Assembly: GCA_038143065.1 (NCBI GenBank)
Contig: JAYQLI010000038.1
Span: forward strand, 32,622 to 96,621
DNA: 64,000 nucleotides
Origin: Rhodospirillales bacterium
Lineage (GTDB): Bacteria > Pseudomonadota > Alphaproteobacteria > Bin95
Direction of reading: 5' to 3'
Below, piece by piece: positions 1-10,790 of the stretch. How positions within the stretch are numbered: the first letter of the stretch is position 1; each line of letters opens with the position of its first letter. A model generated the notes under the pieces. That model was not told the origin of the DNA and searched no databases. It saw nothing but the letters and a program-made list of their open reading frames with translations. A program made the translations under genes and the position numbers.

Positions 1-64
1 GGCTAATTCCGCGATGCGGTAGGAATGGGTGTGCAGCAAAGCGCCCATGTATTTGCCTGTCTGT

Positions 65-94
65 ATTGTGCCAGATAGACCCAGAAAATGTCAA
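65..94 (-). promoter_or_regulatory. Putative sigma70 promoter downstream of integrase copy 1, pointing into the upstream sibling element
   Basis: Minus strand reads TTGACA-N18-CACAAT. The same arrangement is conserved at 60098-60127, upstream of alpA. Confidence 0.45.
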
Positions 95-168
95 TATGAA
101 GTATTCAATATTTTTAGGTTGACTAAATCTTGTGCTTAACGGAAGTTTTCGAAAAAATCTTCAATCCC

Positions 169-1399
169 TTAATGCGATGAACGTATCTGGATGACAGCGC
201 CCGGAGCATCGATGGCTCGTTCGCAATATTCTGCCCAAGCAGCCATTAACTTTCGGCGTTTTTCCATCAGCGTTCCTCTTGCATATGCGGCTTCGGCCTT
301 ATCCTTGAGTTGATGCGCAAGCGCGTGCTCAATGACCTCTCGGGAATGCTGTCGTTTCGCCAGCCCAGTCTCGGAAAGTACTTCTGAAACCATGAGTCGT
401 GACTGGCACTTCCATGCGCTTCAGAACTGCACCAAGTGTCATGTCAGACAAAACCCCACCTTGCGCTGCTTTAAACACGATTTCATTACCTTTTCCCTGT
501 GGGATTTCCGTCAGAATTTCGACCGCACGATCTGAGAGCGGGACGCGATGCTCTTTACGCGCTTTCATTCGTTCCGCGGGAATTACCCATTCGCGCTTTT
601 TCAGATCAAATTCTTGCCACGTCGCTCCACGAACTTCTCCTGAACGTGCAGATGTCAGAATGAGGAACTCTAGAGCAATTGCCGCTGTCCCTTTGCGCTC
701 TCTCAGTCGTTTAATGAATGCTTCAATTTCATGATACGGCAGTGCTGGGTGATGTTTCACGACGCGGATCTTAGAAATGGAAGGTAGCGCGTTCTCTAAA
801 TTCCCCTGCCATCGAGCAGGATTTTCGCCATCTCGGTGTCCATGTACCTTAGCCCAGTCTAAAACCTTTTCTATCCGGCCACGTGTGCGTTTAGCCGTCT
901 CGGGCGTTTTGTGCCAAATAGGCTTAAGAACCTCTAAGACATGGGCCAATTCGATGTCGTCCACTGCGAGATTACCCAAGACTGGCAGAGCATGTGTTCG
1001 AAGGGTATTTTCCCATTGTTGCCGATGTTTGGCATTGCCCCATTCGGATTGCTTGTCTTCCAGAAACTGACGACAGGCATCCACAAAAAGTAAGCGCTTG
1101 CGTTGCGCTGCTCGCAACTCATCGTTACGGACTTTGCGTTCCTCGATCGGATCTATCCCAGCTGCAATCTTGCTTCGTAGTTGCCGAGCAGCTTCGCGTG
1201 CCATTGCTAGCGTAACTCCTGGATAACCACCTAAGCCGATATCTCTAACCTTATCTGCGATCTTAACCCGCAATATCCAAGAGCGCGCTCGCCCTCGGAT
1301 TTGTAATCCAAGTCCTGGAACGACGCCGACAGCGTTAAATCCAGTTTTGTTAAGGCGCGAAACTTCGAGCGCAGACAGTTCTTTTGCGATCTTTGGCAT
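169..1399 (-). CDS. P4-type (IntA/CP4-57-like) tyrosine integrase with N-terminal arm-binding domain, copy 1; one apparent frameshift near 335-345
   Basis: ORFs 329..1399 plus 169..393. Motifs: GLGLQIR..SWILR..IGLGGYP.VTLAMARE (arm domain), ARSGEVRGATWQE, RMKARKEHRVPLS, HGFRSTFRDW, IEHALAH..AYARG. Confidence 0.95.
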
Positions 1400-1572
1400 T
1401 ACCCAATATCCTACCCATTATAAAAATTGAGATTGGCTGAGACGCCGTGATACAGTATGTGACAGCTTTTATTTAATATAACACATAAAAACAGTAACTT
1501 AAATATTAAATAAAGTGTTCATATGACTACACATGAGCTTATATATACTCAGATAAGTTAGATGCAGGGGGA

Positions 1573-1586
1573 CACCTCCTCCGCCA
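1573..1586 (+). mobile_element. att core: tRNA-Ser-like 3' end fragment (CACCTCCTCCGCCA), boundary between tandem islands
   Basis: Ends in the G discriminator plus CCA typical of tRNA-Ser. Lies ~175 bp upstream of the integrase start. Repeated directly at 61600-61612 and inverted at 3015-3028. Confidence 0.8.
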
Positions 1587-1694
1587 CTTAGCCCAATACC
1601 AACAGGGCCAGACCTAACAAGTAAGCATCAGATAATACTCAGCTTTTAAACTAGGCGCTCATTGTGCCGCATCTGATTACTGACCATTATGCAG
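1573..1694 (+). repeat. Left arm of ~120 bp inverted repeat enclosing the DUF6538 integrase
   Basis: Matches the reverse complement of 2908-3028 apart from one indel, one short divergent block and one substitution. Perfect run of 59 nt at 1618-1676. Confidence 0.95.
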
Positions 1695-2915
1695 ACCAAA
1701 TTACTGACCAATCGAATCACTTACACGTTTATTCGGGGCGGCTATTACTATTTTTCCCGACGAGTTCCCGCTGATTTGCAGGGCCATTATCGCTACCCTC
1801 GTGTCGTCCAAGGGCTTCATACATCCTCCCCACAAAAAGCTCGGGTTCGGGCGAGTATTGAAGCAGCTAAGCTTGATGCCTACTGGAGCCAAATGCGCCG
1901 AGCTAGGGTCTGATGTCCTTCGAGGTTTTGTCACTCGTTAAGGGGCTACAGATGCCCCAAAGAGAGTTAACGACGGCGGATACTTCTAGTCCTGCTGCAA
2001 TTGTTGGTCAGCCTGAAGATGCACCAACATTACTCGATGCTTTGCAATTATATTTAGGTCAAAGGGTAAGGGTCGCCCGAAAACATTTCGGTTAGCTGCA
2101 GAACGAGTGTGCAGATACGTTATTGAACTGGCAGTGGGAATAAGCCTTTGACGTCATATACTCGTAGCGATGCTCTAACATTGAGGGATTGGCTTGTAGA
2201 TCGTGGCTTAACTGGCTCCAGCGTCACTCGTAACTTCTCCTATGTGAAAGCGATCATAAATTTTGCCCTTTCAGAATTTGCTTTGGATGCCCGAAAACCA
2301 TTCATTGGTGTGTATCATGATCGAACAGCAGGGGTATCCACTCGCAAACCAATTCCTGTTGCTAATATTTTCAAAGTACAGCAGGAAAATGCAGGACGAT
2401 AGATGATGATATGCGCTGGTTGGTCGCCCTGATTTCGGACACTGGTATGCGGCTTGCTGAAGGGGCAGGGTTGTTTAAAGTCTGATCTTCGAAAATTAGA
2501 CACTGATATCCTTGCGTCCGTATCCAAAAGCACAATTGGCGAAACCTAAAGACCGCCAGCAGTGAACGTATCATACCCCTTTGCGGTCAAGTTTTTATGG
2601 GCTGCTGAACGAATAGTTGGATCAGACCCAAACTCTCAGTTTGCTTTTCCAAGATATAATCAGCAGGAAACTACGAACGCCAATTCCGCCAGTGCTGCAT
2701 TAAACAAATGGCTTAAGCAATATGTACCAATCGGATGTACGTTGCACAGTTTCAGACACTCGATGCGGGACATTTTTCGATCAGTTCAATGTCCATCCGA
2801 CATTGCGGACCAAGTAGGTGGTTGGACAACCGATGGAGTAGGGCAGGGGTATGGCTCAGGTTATCCGCTCGATGTGCTGCATGGGGGAGTGGATGGAAAA
2901 GGCAATCCTGCATAA
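1689..2915 (+). CDS. Tyrosine recombinase/integrase with DUF6538-like N-terminus (frameshifted in several places)
   Basis: N-term YYYFSRRVPADLQGHY; SAM-like LRDWLVDRGLTGSSVTRNF; DTGMRLAEGAGL, LKTASSERIIP in alternate frames; C-term TLHSFRHSMRD..IADQVGGW..GVGQGYG. Confidence 0.9.
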
Positions 2916-3028
2916 TGGTCAGTACTCAGATGCGGCACAATGAGCGCCTAGTTTAAAAGCTGAGTATTATCTGATGCTTACTTGGGGAGTGGCCCTGTTG
3001 GTATTGGGCTAGAGTGGCGGAGGAGGTG
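2908..3028 (-). repeat. Right arm of the inverted repeat, including an inverted tRNA-end att core at 3015-3028
   Basis: CTGCATAATGGTCAGT...TGGCGGAGGAGGTG is the reverse complement of 1573-1694. Confidence 0.95.
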
Positions 3029-3478
3029 GGATGTCGACGCCCCCCGCTCTCCGTCAGCAAGCAGCTAACACTCTGATATTATTGATAGCAGCATTATGAG
3101 TTCATAGCAATGAGGCGCAAAATTGTCAGTAATTTGGTCTTGTAACGCAGGATTACCCCTGCGAGTGCCACCCCACCCCTAGGGTTATCGTAGACAGGCC
3201 TGATCCAAGATTAGGATTTGAGTATCGTCAACTGGCTGCATCAGGCTATTTCATTGGGACTTGACGGTTTTGCCTGTGCGGTAGGGTGACTGGTCCTGTG
3301 GCATCGTGCTGGCGGCTACTAAACCGATATATGATACTACTGTTGGGTGTTGATATTCCCAGGATATCGTTATCTTAGCATTAGCGAGGGCTAGGCATGG
3401 GCCACAGGGGTGTACGAGGTAAGAATATATGACCTCTGCCAGTGATTAGCCATGTAAGCCTGTAAACCACTTTAGGCT

Positions 3479-3583
3479 AAGTTTCGGGGTTAGATGACCG
3501 CCTTGTTGATCCTTAAAGGGTCAATGGTTCCTATAGAGATATATAGGAACCTGACCCATTAACGGTATTACTCCCCGAAACTT
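3479..3583. other. Long imperfect palindrome/hairpin
   Basis: AAGTTTCGGGG(3479-3489)/CCCCGAAACTT(3573-3583); GGGTCA/TGACCC; GGTTCCTATA(3526-3535)/TATAGGAACC(3542-3551). Confidence 0.75.
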
Positions 3584-3909
3584 CAGGCTCAGGCCCGATA
3601 GAGATACTCAACTGGTTTTCGTGATCACTTGAAGCTTTGCTGATGGTACGAACCGCATATCTACGTTGATAAATCCATTTAAAAGGCTCGACGGAGGACT
3701 AGCCAAAATGACTTTGGCCTATTAATAATGAGTTTCGGCCGAGTGCAATAGTCAGTCAGAATTTCGTAATCATGATTATCTCATATCCTAGAATGAAACA
3801 GCTTAAAGGTGTGTTTTTTGGTGCGATCAGATAATTATGGAACAAAAAATCCAGAAAAATGTAATGACTAAATATCCTCGCTGCAGGATTAAATCTTTGT
3901 ACAAGTATC

Positions 3910-4320
3910 ATGGTTTTATTGTCGATGCTAACAGCCGATATCATCAATCGCATGGAGACACGTGGATACACAAGCCATCGAAACATCTACAACATTGTTC
4001 TTGTGCGCTTTGATTGCCGGGATGAAAGATGGATCGAAACACAGAATTGTAATAAACAAATCAGGCGTTTGCTGATTGAAAATATGAAAATTTTAAACAA
4101 AGTTTTTGGGGTTGCAAAAGTTTTGACACGAATACTTTGATGTTGATGGTGACGGCGAATTAAGCGCTTCAGAACGCAATAATGCCATAAGTAAGATACT
4201 TGAGAAGATCGATACCGATGGTGATGGTCAGTTAAGTGCAGATGAACGGAACACTGCTAGAAGCATTGCCGTACGTGAAAAAATTCGTGAAAGGCTCTCC
4301 AACTGGTGTAACAATTAATG
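3910..4320 (+). CDS. Small EF-hand domain protein (start and end uncertain, frameshifted)
   Basis: Frame from 4136 reads FDVDGDGELSASE..KIDTDGDGQLSADE, two canonical DxDGDGxLSxxE loops. Confidence 0.6.
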
Positions 4321-5533
4321 CTGTCACAGTCGAGGTTGACCAGTATTGGACGCTTTCACCTCATGGAATTTCGACAATAAAGGTAAAGTGACATTTGTTT
4401 GGTGCTGTGGTGTGAAACTATGTATCAGCAATGATGTTTCAGGCAAAGAAACTGACCTAACTTCGAAATGATAAAATTGCTTGTTTACTGCATTCCCTTG
4501 TTCCATTTTCCGTTGACTTTTTATCCAGGTGATCAAATGCGCCTGGAAAGTTAGTCGCGCTCCCACATTTTTGCACCAATGAATTTGCGCTTATGATTTG
4601 CATCGGTTTGTGTGTCGAAGAATGAGTTCATGAAGATCTTATCCGACAACTATAACCTAGTTAATTGCTGAACCAGCTCGATTAGCCTGCCAGGGGCGCT
4701 TTCCATCGGCATTGAAATATTTTTAAAGAATGGGGCCTTTTGAAGCTGATAAATCTTGCGCTCTTAACAATCAAGCGCAATCCATTTCAGCATTGCTGAG
4801 ATTAGGCAGACGAAGCAAAGTACCATAAAGACCAGTCTAGAGCTATATACAGAAAAGCAGGTGTAGCATCGTTCTCAACTAGTGAGTTTGCTAATCGAAG
4901 AACTACTAAAAAATGGCGTGGGAATTACTGCGTCTATTCAATTTCAAAACACAACAAATTCGGATGAATCAATGCCAAATTATCTTGGATGCTTTTCATG
5001 AAAATACTTACTTGAAGCTTGCGCTGCTCCAAGCGTTAACCCCAAAAATCTTAGAAATTACGGAGAGTGATGCAACGGCAGGTAAGTCTGTGATAGAACA
5101 TGAGCAAGAAAAATATATTTGCGGGTCAAAAGGTGGTTATTTTTCGACAACTCTTGGTTGCTTCGAATAATTAATCGCCAATTATCGCCTATTGGCCCCT
5201 AAAGTTTTGGCTAAATAAAGCTGGCATTAGAAGGTGTAGAATTATATCAGTAACTTTTGTTTCCTGAAGGCGGTTAGTCTGATAAAAATCTTGTCTATGA
5301 CGTGTCGTATTAACCTTCTGAACTCCGTAAACTTACATCCCTCACCAAACCTTCTGCGGTCCCTGATTTAGACGTGCAGCCGTTTAAAATCGGCAAAGAC
5401 TTCGTTGTTGTAGAAGGCCAGTATCTGATTTGAAAAGCCTCGCCAACTTGAGGATACGTTTGAATGAGACCCACTCAGGCGATCATAAGCTGAGGTCACT
5501 GATCGGGGCGGGCAAAAAAACCATGTATCTCGC

Positions 5534-6361
5534 GGCAATCAGATTAAACCGCCTTGCCTGATTGCGATAGGAACAAAAAGCTTTTTAGCCATGCTAATTC
5601 TTTATCTTTCCGTTATTCAAAACCAGCCCTGAATTATCAACTTGCAGTTATGCTGTAACCCTAGGGGGTTCCCACCTCTCACTGAGAAATGTGAAGACCT
5701 TCTGCATGAACGCGGTGTCGATGTGAGCTATGGATCTGTTCGGTACTGGTGGCATCATTTAATATCTCAGTTTAGCAAGCCAGATCCAAGACGGAGAGGG
5801 AATGCAGTCTAGTAAATGGAAGTGGCACCTGGATGAAGTCTTTGTGAAGATAAACGGGGAAAGACATTACCTGGCGTGCAGTCGATCGAAGGTGAGGTGC
5901 TCGAAATATGTAATAAAAGAAGACAAAAAGCAGCTTTAAAGTTCATGAAGAAAGCCATGCGGTGCTTTAGATCGCAATGAGATCTGTGGAGATAAGCTTG
6001 GGTCTTACGGGGTGCAGCAGCAAAGAGAACTGGGCTGTTCAGAAAAGCAGGTTACAAAGCGATGGGCAAATAACAGAGTTGAGAATTCACACTTACCGTT
6101 TCGACGACGCGAAAAGGCCATGCTTCGATTTAGACGCATGCACAGTCTACAGAAGTTCGCTTCAATCCATGCCTCGTTTCACAATCTATTCAACTCGCAA
6201 AGGTTACTCTCAAAACGCAGTACATTTAAACTTAACCGTGACGCTGCTCTCACCGAGTGGCCGTCTGTAGTGATCCAACAGAATATACTCATCAATGAAT
6301 TTTGGATGCCAGTTCTTGCCCAAGCAAAATCGAACAGAGTGCTCAATTTTTTGACAGCCCC
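5534..6361 (+). mobile_element. IS6-family insertion sequence, copy A (degenerate or frameshifted transposase)
   Basis: WHLDEVFVKING.RHYLWRAVD and WANNRVENSHLPFRRREKAMLRFRRMHSLQKF. Degenerate terminal IRs GGCAATCAGATTAA and TTTTTGACAGCCCC. Confidence 0.85.
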
Positions 6362-6406
6362 AATCCGACCACTCCGCTGATGAGATTTTCGCCAGTAGAC
6401 GAGTTA

Positions 6407-7375
6407 CTAGGGGTCTTTTCTGGGCATGACAGTCTCAAGTGTTTCGAGGGCATGCTGAAATTGCTCCTCTTTGATACGGCGAAGTGTTTCAGCGTCTTCG
6501 ACACCGATAGAGTGGTTTATGGTCTGGCCTGCCGTCATGCGCCCGAGCCGGGGTAGGTCGGCAGAGATCACCGTGGCGATCTTGGGGTATCCGCCAGTGG
6601 TCTGGCGGTCGGCGAGCAAGATGATCGGCTGCCCGGTTCCAGTCACCTGAATGGAGCCTGCAACGATGCCATCGGAGGCGATGTTGTAAACCCTCAGCAT
6701 GCGACAGGGTGGCGCCATCCAATTGCAGGCCCATGCGGTTAGACCTTGCCGTGACCTTGTATCGGGAGGTGAGGAAAGTCCGGAGCGCCGGGGTGTGAAA
6801 TAGTCGTCCTGTGGCCCGAGGATGACGCGGACAGGGCCGGGACATTGGCCAGCACGCTTTGATCTGAGCGCCGTTCCGCACCGGTGGTCGGGTTCTCGCC
6901 GATGGCAGCGCGTCGCCTTTGACAAGCGCTCGGCCCTGCACGCCGCCCATTTTGCCGGGCAGATAAGTCGAGAGGCCGCCCAATTCGGGGACGATGGCAA
7001 AGCTGCCCTGGACGCCAAGGTAGCAGACGCCCGTGTCGCGGGTCGCGCCGATGCGGAACCGGGTGCCGGGTGACAGGAGGGCGCTTTGACCTGTGGGGAT
7101 CGTGGGTCGCGGTCCCGCTGATAATCTCGATTGGGACCTGGGTTCCGGTAAGCGCCACCCGTGCCGGTCCGCCTGTCACCTGCAGGGTGGGGCCCACCAT
7201 CCGGATTTCCAGTGCTGCCGCGTTTGGCGGATTGCCGACCAGGGCGTTGGCAAGACGCAGGGCGTCGATGTCGAGCGCGCCCGAAACCGGTACGCCGAGC
7301 GCCTGGTGCCGAAACGGCCGGCGTCCTGGACCGTGGTCAGTCCTGGGTGGTCGACAATGAGCCGCGCGCCGTCAC
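6407..7375 (-). CDS. pxpC: 5-oxoprolinase subunit C / allophanate hydrolase subunit 2 family (KipA)
   Basis: TTVQDAGRFG, SNRMGLQLDG, SDGIVAGSIQVTGTGQPIILLADRQTTGGYPKIATVI. Confidence 0.85.
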
Positions 7376-8098
7376 AGCAGGAACTCTCTTGTGCGGCGAA
7401 CCCGCCGGTGCGCAGGCGGGCTTCGATTTGATGGTAGTCGTCCAGCCCGACCTCGTGGAACTGCACCAGATCGCCCGGAGACAGAAGCGCCGGTTGTTGA
7501 GCAGTCTTGTCGAAAAGCAACACCGGCGTGCGCCCGATGATGTGCCAGCCGGTGGGGTTGGAATTGGGGTAGATCACGGTTTTGCCGGTGGCGGTCAGGA
7601 CCGCGCCTGCCGGGACGTTGGGCACTGGGTTTTCGCGGCGCGGCAGTGCCATGTTTTCCGGCAGGTCGCCCAGATAGGGCTGGCCCGGAGCAAAGCCGAG
7701 CATATAGACGGTCTGCACGGTGCTGGTCATGGCCCTGACGATGTCGCGCGGCGCGCGTTTTGCATAATCGGCAACGGTTTCGAGATCCGGCGCAAAACCT
7801 TCGGCCTCGACACAGATGGGAAACGACCAGCGCGCCGCCAGCGCCGCTGGCGGCCGCCCGCCGGCAGCAGCGGCAATCGCCTTTTTCAAGGCGGCCTGAG
7901 TTGTGGTCAGCGGGTCATAATGCACCAGAGCGACAGATAGGTCGGCACGACCTCGATCGGCTCCAAGTGGGGTCGGCTGCGTTGATGTTGGCGCAGAGTT
8001 GCAGGACGCGGGCGCTGGTTTCGGGGGCGACATCGGTTCCCAGCACCACCCGTGAGACCGGTATCGCCGCTTGAAAGAAACTCCATATCCACCCTCAT
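7372..8098 (-). CDS. pxpB: 5-oxoprolinase subunit B (KipI family)
   Basis: VYMLGFAPGQPYLG..LPRRENP..VPAGAV..IYP.SNPTGWHIIGRTP..LL.PGD.V.F. Confidence 0.85.
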
Positions 8099-8115
8099 AA
8101 ACGACTGCCGCCGGG

Positions 8116-8886
8116 TCAGTTGAGCGCCTGCGCCATCGGTTTGATCTCAATCCCAGACGCTTCAAGCGCGCGTCGAACTTCGGCAGCTGCTAAGTGCGCG
8201 GGCTGTCACCATGAACGCAGATGCTGTCGATGGCCACCTCAATGCGTCTGCCCGACAGGCTTTCAATGGCGCCGTCCTGAACGAAACGCACCATGCGCTC
8301 GGCGGCTTCCCGAGGGTCTTCGATCATCGCTCCCGGTGTTCCGCGTCGAACGAGCATGGCGTTGTCGTCATATCCTGTCAGCAAAGATTTCGCGGGCCAC
8401 TTTCAGGCCAACTCTTCACCGGCGCGTTCAAGTTCGCTGTTGGGCAGGACCAGAAAGATCAGCTCGGGCGCGACGCGCTTGACCGCACGGGCGGCCGCCA
8501 TAGCAAGATCCTTGTCTACGCAGGACATGTTTCCAAGCGCGCCGTGAATCTTGTAATGGGTGACCTCGGCACCGCAGGCGCGCGCGCCATGCCCTGGATG
8601 GCACCGGTGGGACCTGATAGATCAGCATTTTTTCGATCTCGACACATCCTGAACCACGATCCGGCGGCGGCCAAATCCCCAGAGATCCGTTGAAACCGGG
8701 ATGTGCCTGGATCCCGACGCCGTTGGCCTTGGCCATCTCGATGGTGCGGTGCATGACCACCGGATCGCCGCCGTAGCCCGCGAGACGTTGGCCGAAGAGA
8801 TCACCTTGAGGATCTCTTCGTCATTGCCGATCGTGTAGGCGCCGAAGCTTTCGCCCATGTCGCAGTTCAGGATCGATACTTGCCAT
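8116..8886 (-). CDS. pxpA: 5-oxoprolinase subunit A (LamB/YcsF family)
   Basis: DLNCDMGESFGAYTIGND, AHPGF.DLWGFGRR, DSICVHGDSP. Confidence 0.88.
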
Positions 8887-8895
8887 GTCGGTTCT

Positions 8896-10195
8896 CTATC
8901 CTTTGAACGAAACCACTCCGGGCAGATAGGTTACAATGCCCGGGAACAGGGTGATGAGGGAAGACCATGGCCACCATGATCAGGAAAACGGCAGGGTCGC
9001 CCTGGCAATCCGTCCGATTTTTTCGCCGGTCAGCCCCTGAATGACAAACAGGTTGAACCCGACAGGCGGTGTGATCTGGGCCATTTCGACAACGATCACC
9101 AGAAACACCCCGAACCAGATCTTGTCAAAGCCCGCATGCAGGATCAGCGGCAGGGTGATCGGCAGGGTCATGACGATGGTGGAGAGGCCTTCGAGCACCA
9201 TGCCGAGGGATCGCGTAGAAAACGAGCAGCGCGATCAGCATGAAGGGTGTCAGGTCCATTGCCGCGATTTCGGCGGAGATGGCGCGCGGTACGCCGAGAA
9301 AGCCCATGGCGCGCGACAGAAAAATTGGCGCCGGCAATGATCAGGCCGATCATCGAGATCGTGCGGATGGCTCCGAAAGCCGCCATCTACCAGGTTGGCC
9401 CAGGTCAGTGCCCTGTAAAGCGCTGACCAGCATCGCGCCCAGCACGCCAACGGCGGCGGCCTCGGACGGGCTGGCATAGCCGCCATACATCGAGCCGATC
9501 ACGACCAGGATTAGGAACAGCACCGGCCCGAGATGGCGCAGGGCAAAGATACGTTCGGTCCAGGTGAAGCTCATTTTTTCGTCCGGAACTACGTCGGATC
9601 TCAGGGCCGCACTGATCGCGAGATACCCAACATAGGCCCCAGCAAGCAGGATGCCGGGTATGATGCCCGCAATAAACAGCCGCAGGATCGACGCCTCGGC
9701 CAGAACCCCGTAGATGATCATGATGATCGATGGCGGGATCAGAAAGCCCAAGGTTCCTGCGCCCGCAAGTGAGCCCATGGCCAGGTCTTTGTTGTATCCA
9801 CGATTCAGCAGTTCGCTCATGGTGATGCGGCCCACGGTTGCCGTGGTCGCGGCGGAAGATCGAGACTGCGGCAAACAGCGTACATCCCAGAACGTTCACA
9901 TGTAGCAAACGGCCGTGTCGTTGGTGGTCCACGGCGTCAGACCCGAGAAAGCGACGACGATAGCTTCGAGCGAAACAGGATTCAGCCATCAGAATGAACA
10001 TCGGCAGGGCGATGAGTTCCGGGGTGGTTGAAACGTTCCAGGTCAACTGCCCCATCAGCAGATCGATAGGCATGTTTTTGAAGATGGCCAGGGCGACGAC
10101 GCCAACGATGTAGAGGCCGAAGCTTATCCAGACACCGGTGCGAGGGCAAGCGCAAGAAGGACAACCAGAATGGTGAGTGAGATATAACTAATCAT
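8896..10195 (-). CDS. TRAP transporter large permease (DctM family)
   Basis: ALPMFILM, SSAATTATVG, GTLGFLIPPSIIMIIYG, EMAQITPPVGFNLFVIQ. Confidence 0.9.
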
Positions 10196-10725
10196 GTCTT
10201 ACGCCTCATTCGACCGTGAATTTTCGCGGATGGCGTCGTCTTCCGGCGCTTCACCAAGGAGGAGGCGGATGTGGCGCAATGACCATCTGAATCGCCAGCA
10301 ATGCACTGTTTGAAAGCGATGACAGCCTGCGGGATCGCTAATGGAGTGGCCTCAATGGTGGAGATGTGCTCCCGCACGAGTAGGAACAAGCGCAGAACTG
10401 AAACCATTGCATGTAGAAAGTAAATCGAAAACACAGCTCCATAGCTGTTGCGAAGAGCCTCCATGATCCGCGTATTACGTTCGCTCAAACCCACGCAAGA
10501 GTGCCACACGTACGTGCCCGCCAGTCCGCAAAGTATAGGGGGCGCCAAGAAAACAGCGCACCCGTATAAGTAGGCAGCATATTCCCGGGCAAAGCTCAAT
10601 GAAGCGCTAAAGAAAAGACCTTGCTATTATTTCGAAATGATTAGCGCCGCAATTCCGAAAACCAGGATAGCAGCAAGCCCTGCAATCCAACGCGAAACCG
10701 TATCAAATGTGGTGAGAATACGCAA
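10192..10725 (-). CDS. TRAP transporter small permease (DctQ family)
   Basis: Hydrophobic ~170 aa gene between the DctP and DctM genes; SFAREYAAYL, TPLAIPQ. Confidence 0.75.
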
Positions 10726-10790
10726 ATTGTTGCCTCCGGTGCGGATTGGTCCGATGCGCGGATGGGACCGGACCAACTGTATACCCTGAA

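Noticed and set aside
1561-1590. Complete tRNA gene at the att sites (also 3015-3030 and 61600-61612)
   Set aside because: Only the last ~14-17 nt match a tRNA 3' end; there is no D-arm, anticodon arm or intact TTCGAA T-loop.
4324-5500. Possible azoreductase or resolvase remnants
   Set aside because: Only faint motif resemblance in broken frames; I cannot support a call without a database search.
7161-7940. Long plus-strand ORFs opposite pxpB (similarly 58740..59333 opposite the primase)
   Set aside because: These are antisense shadows of recognisable minus-strand genes and carry no motifs of their own.
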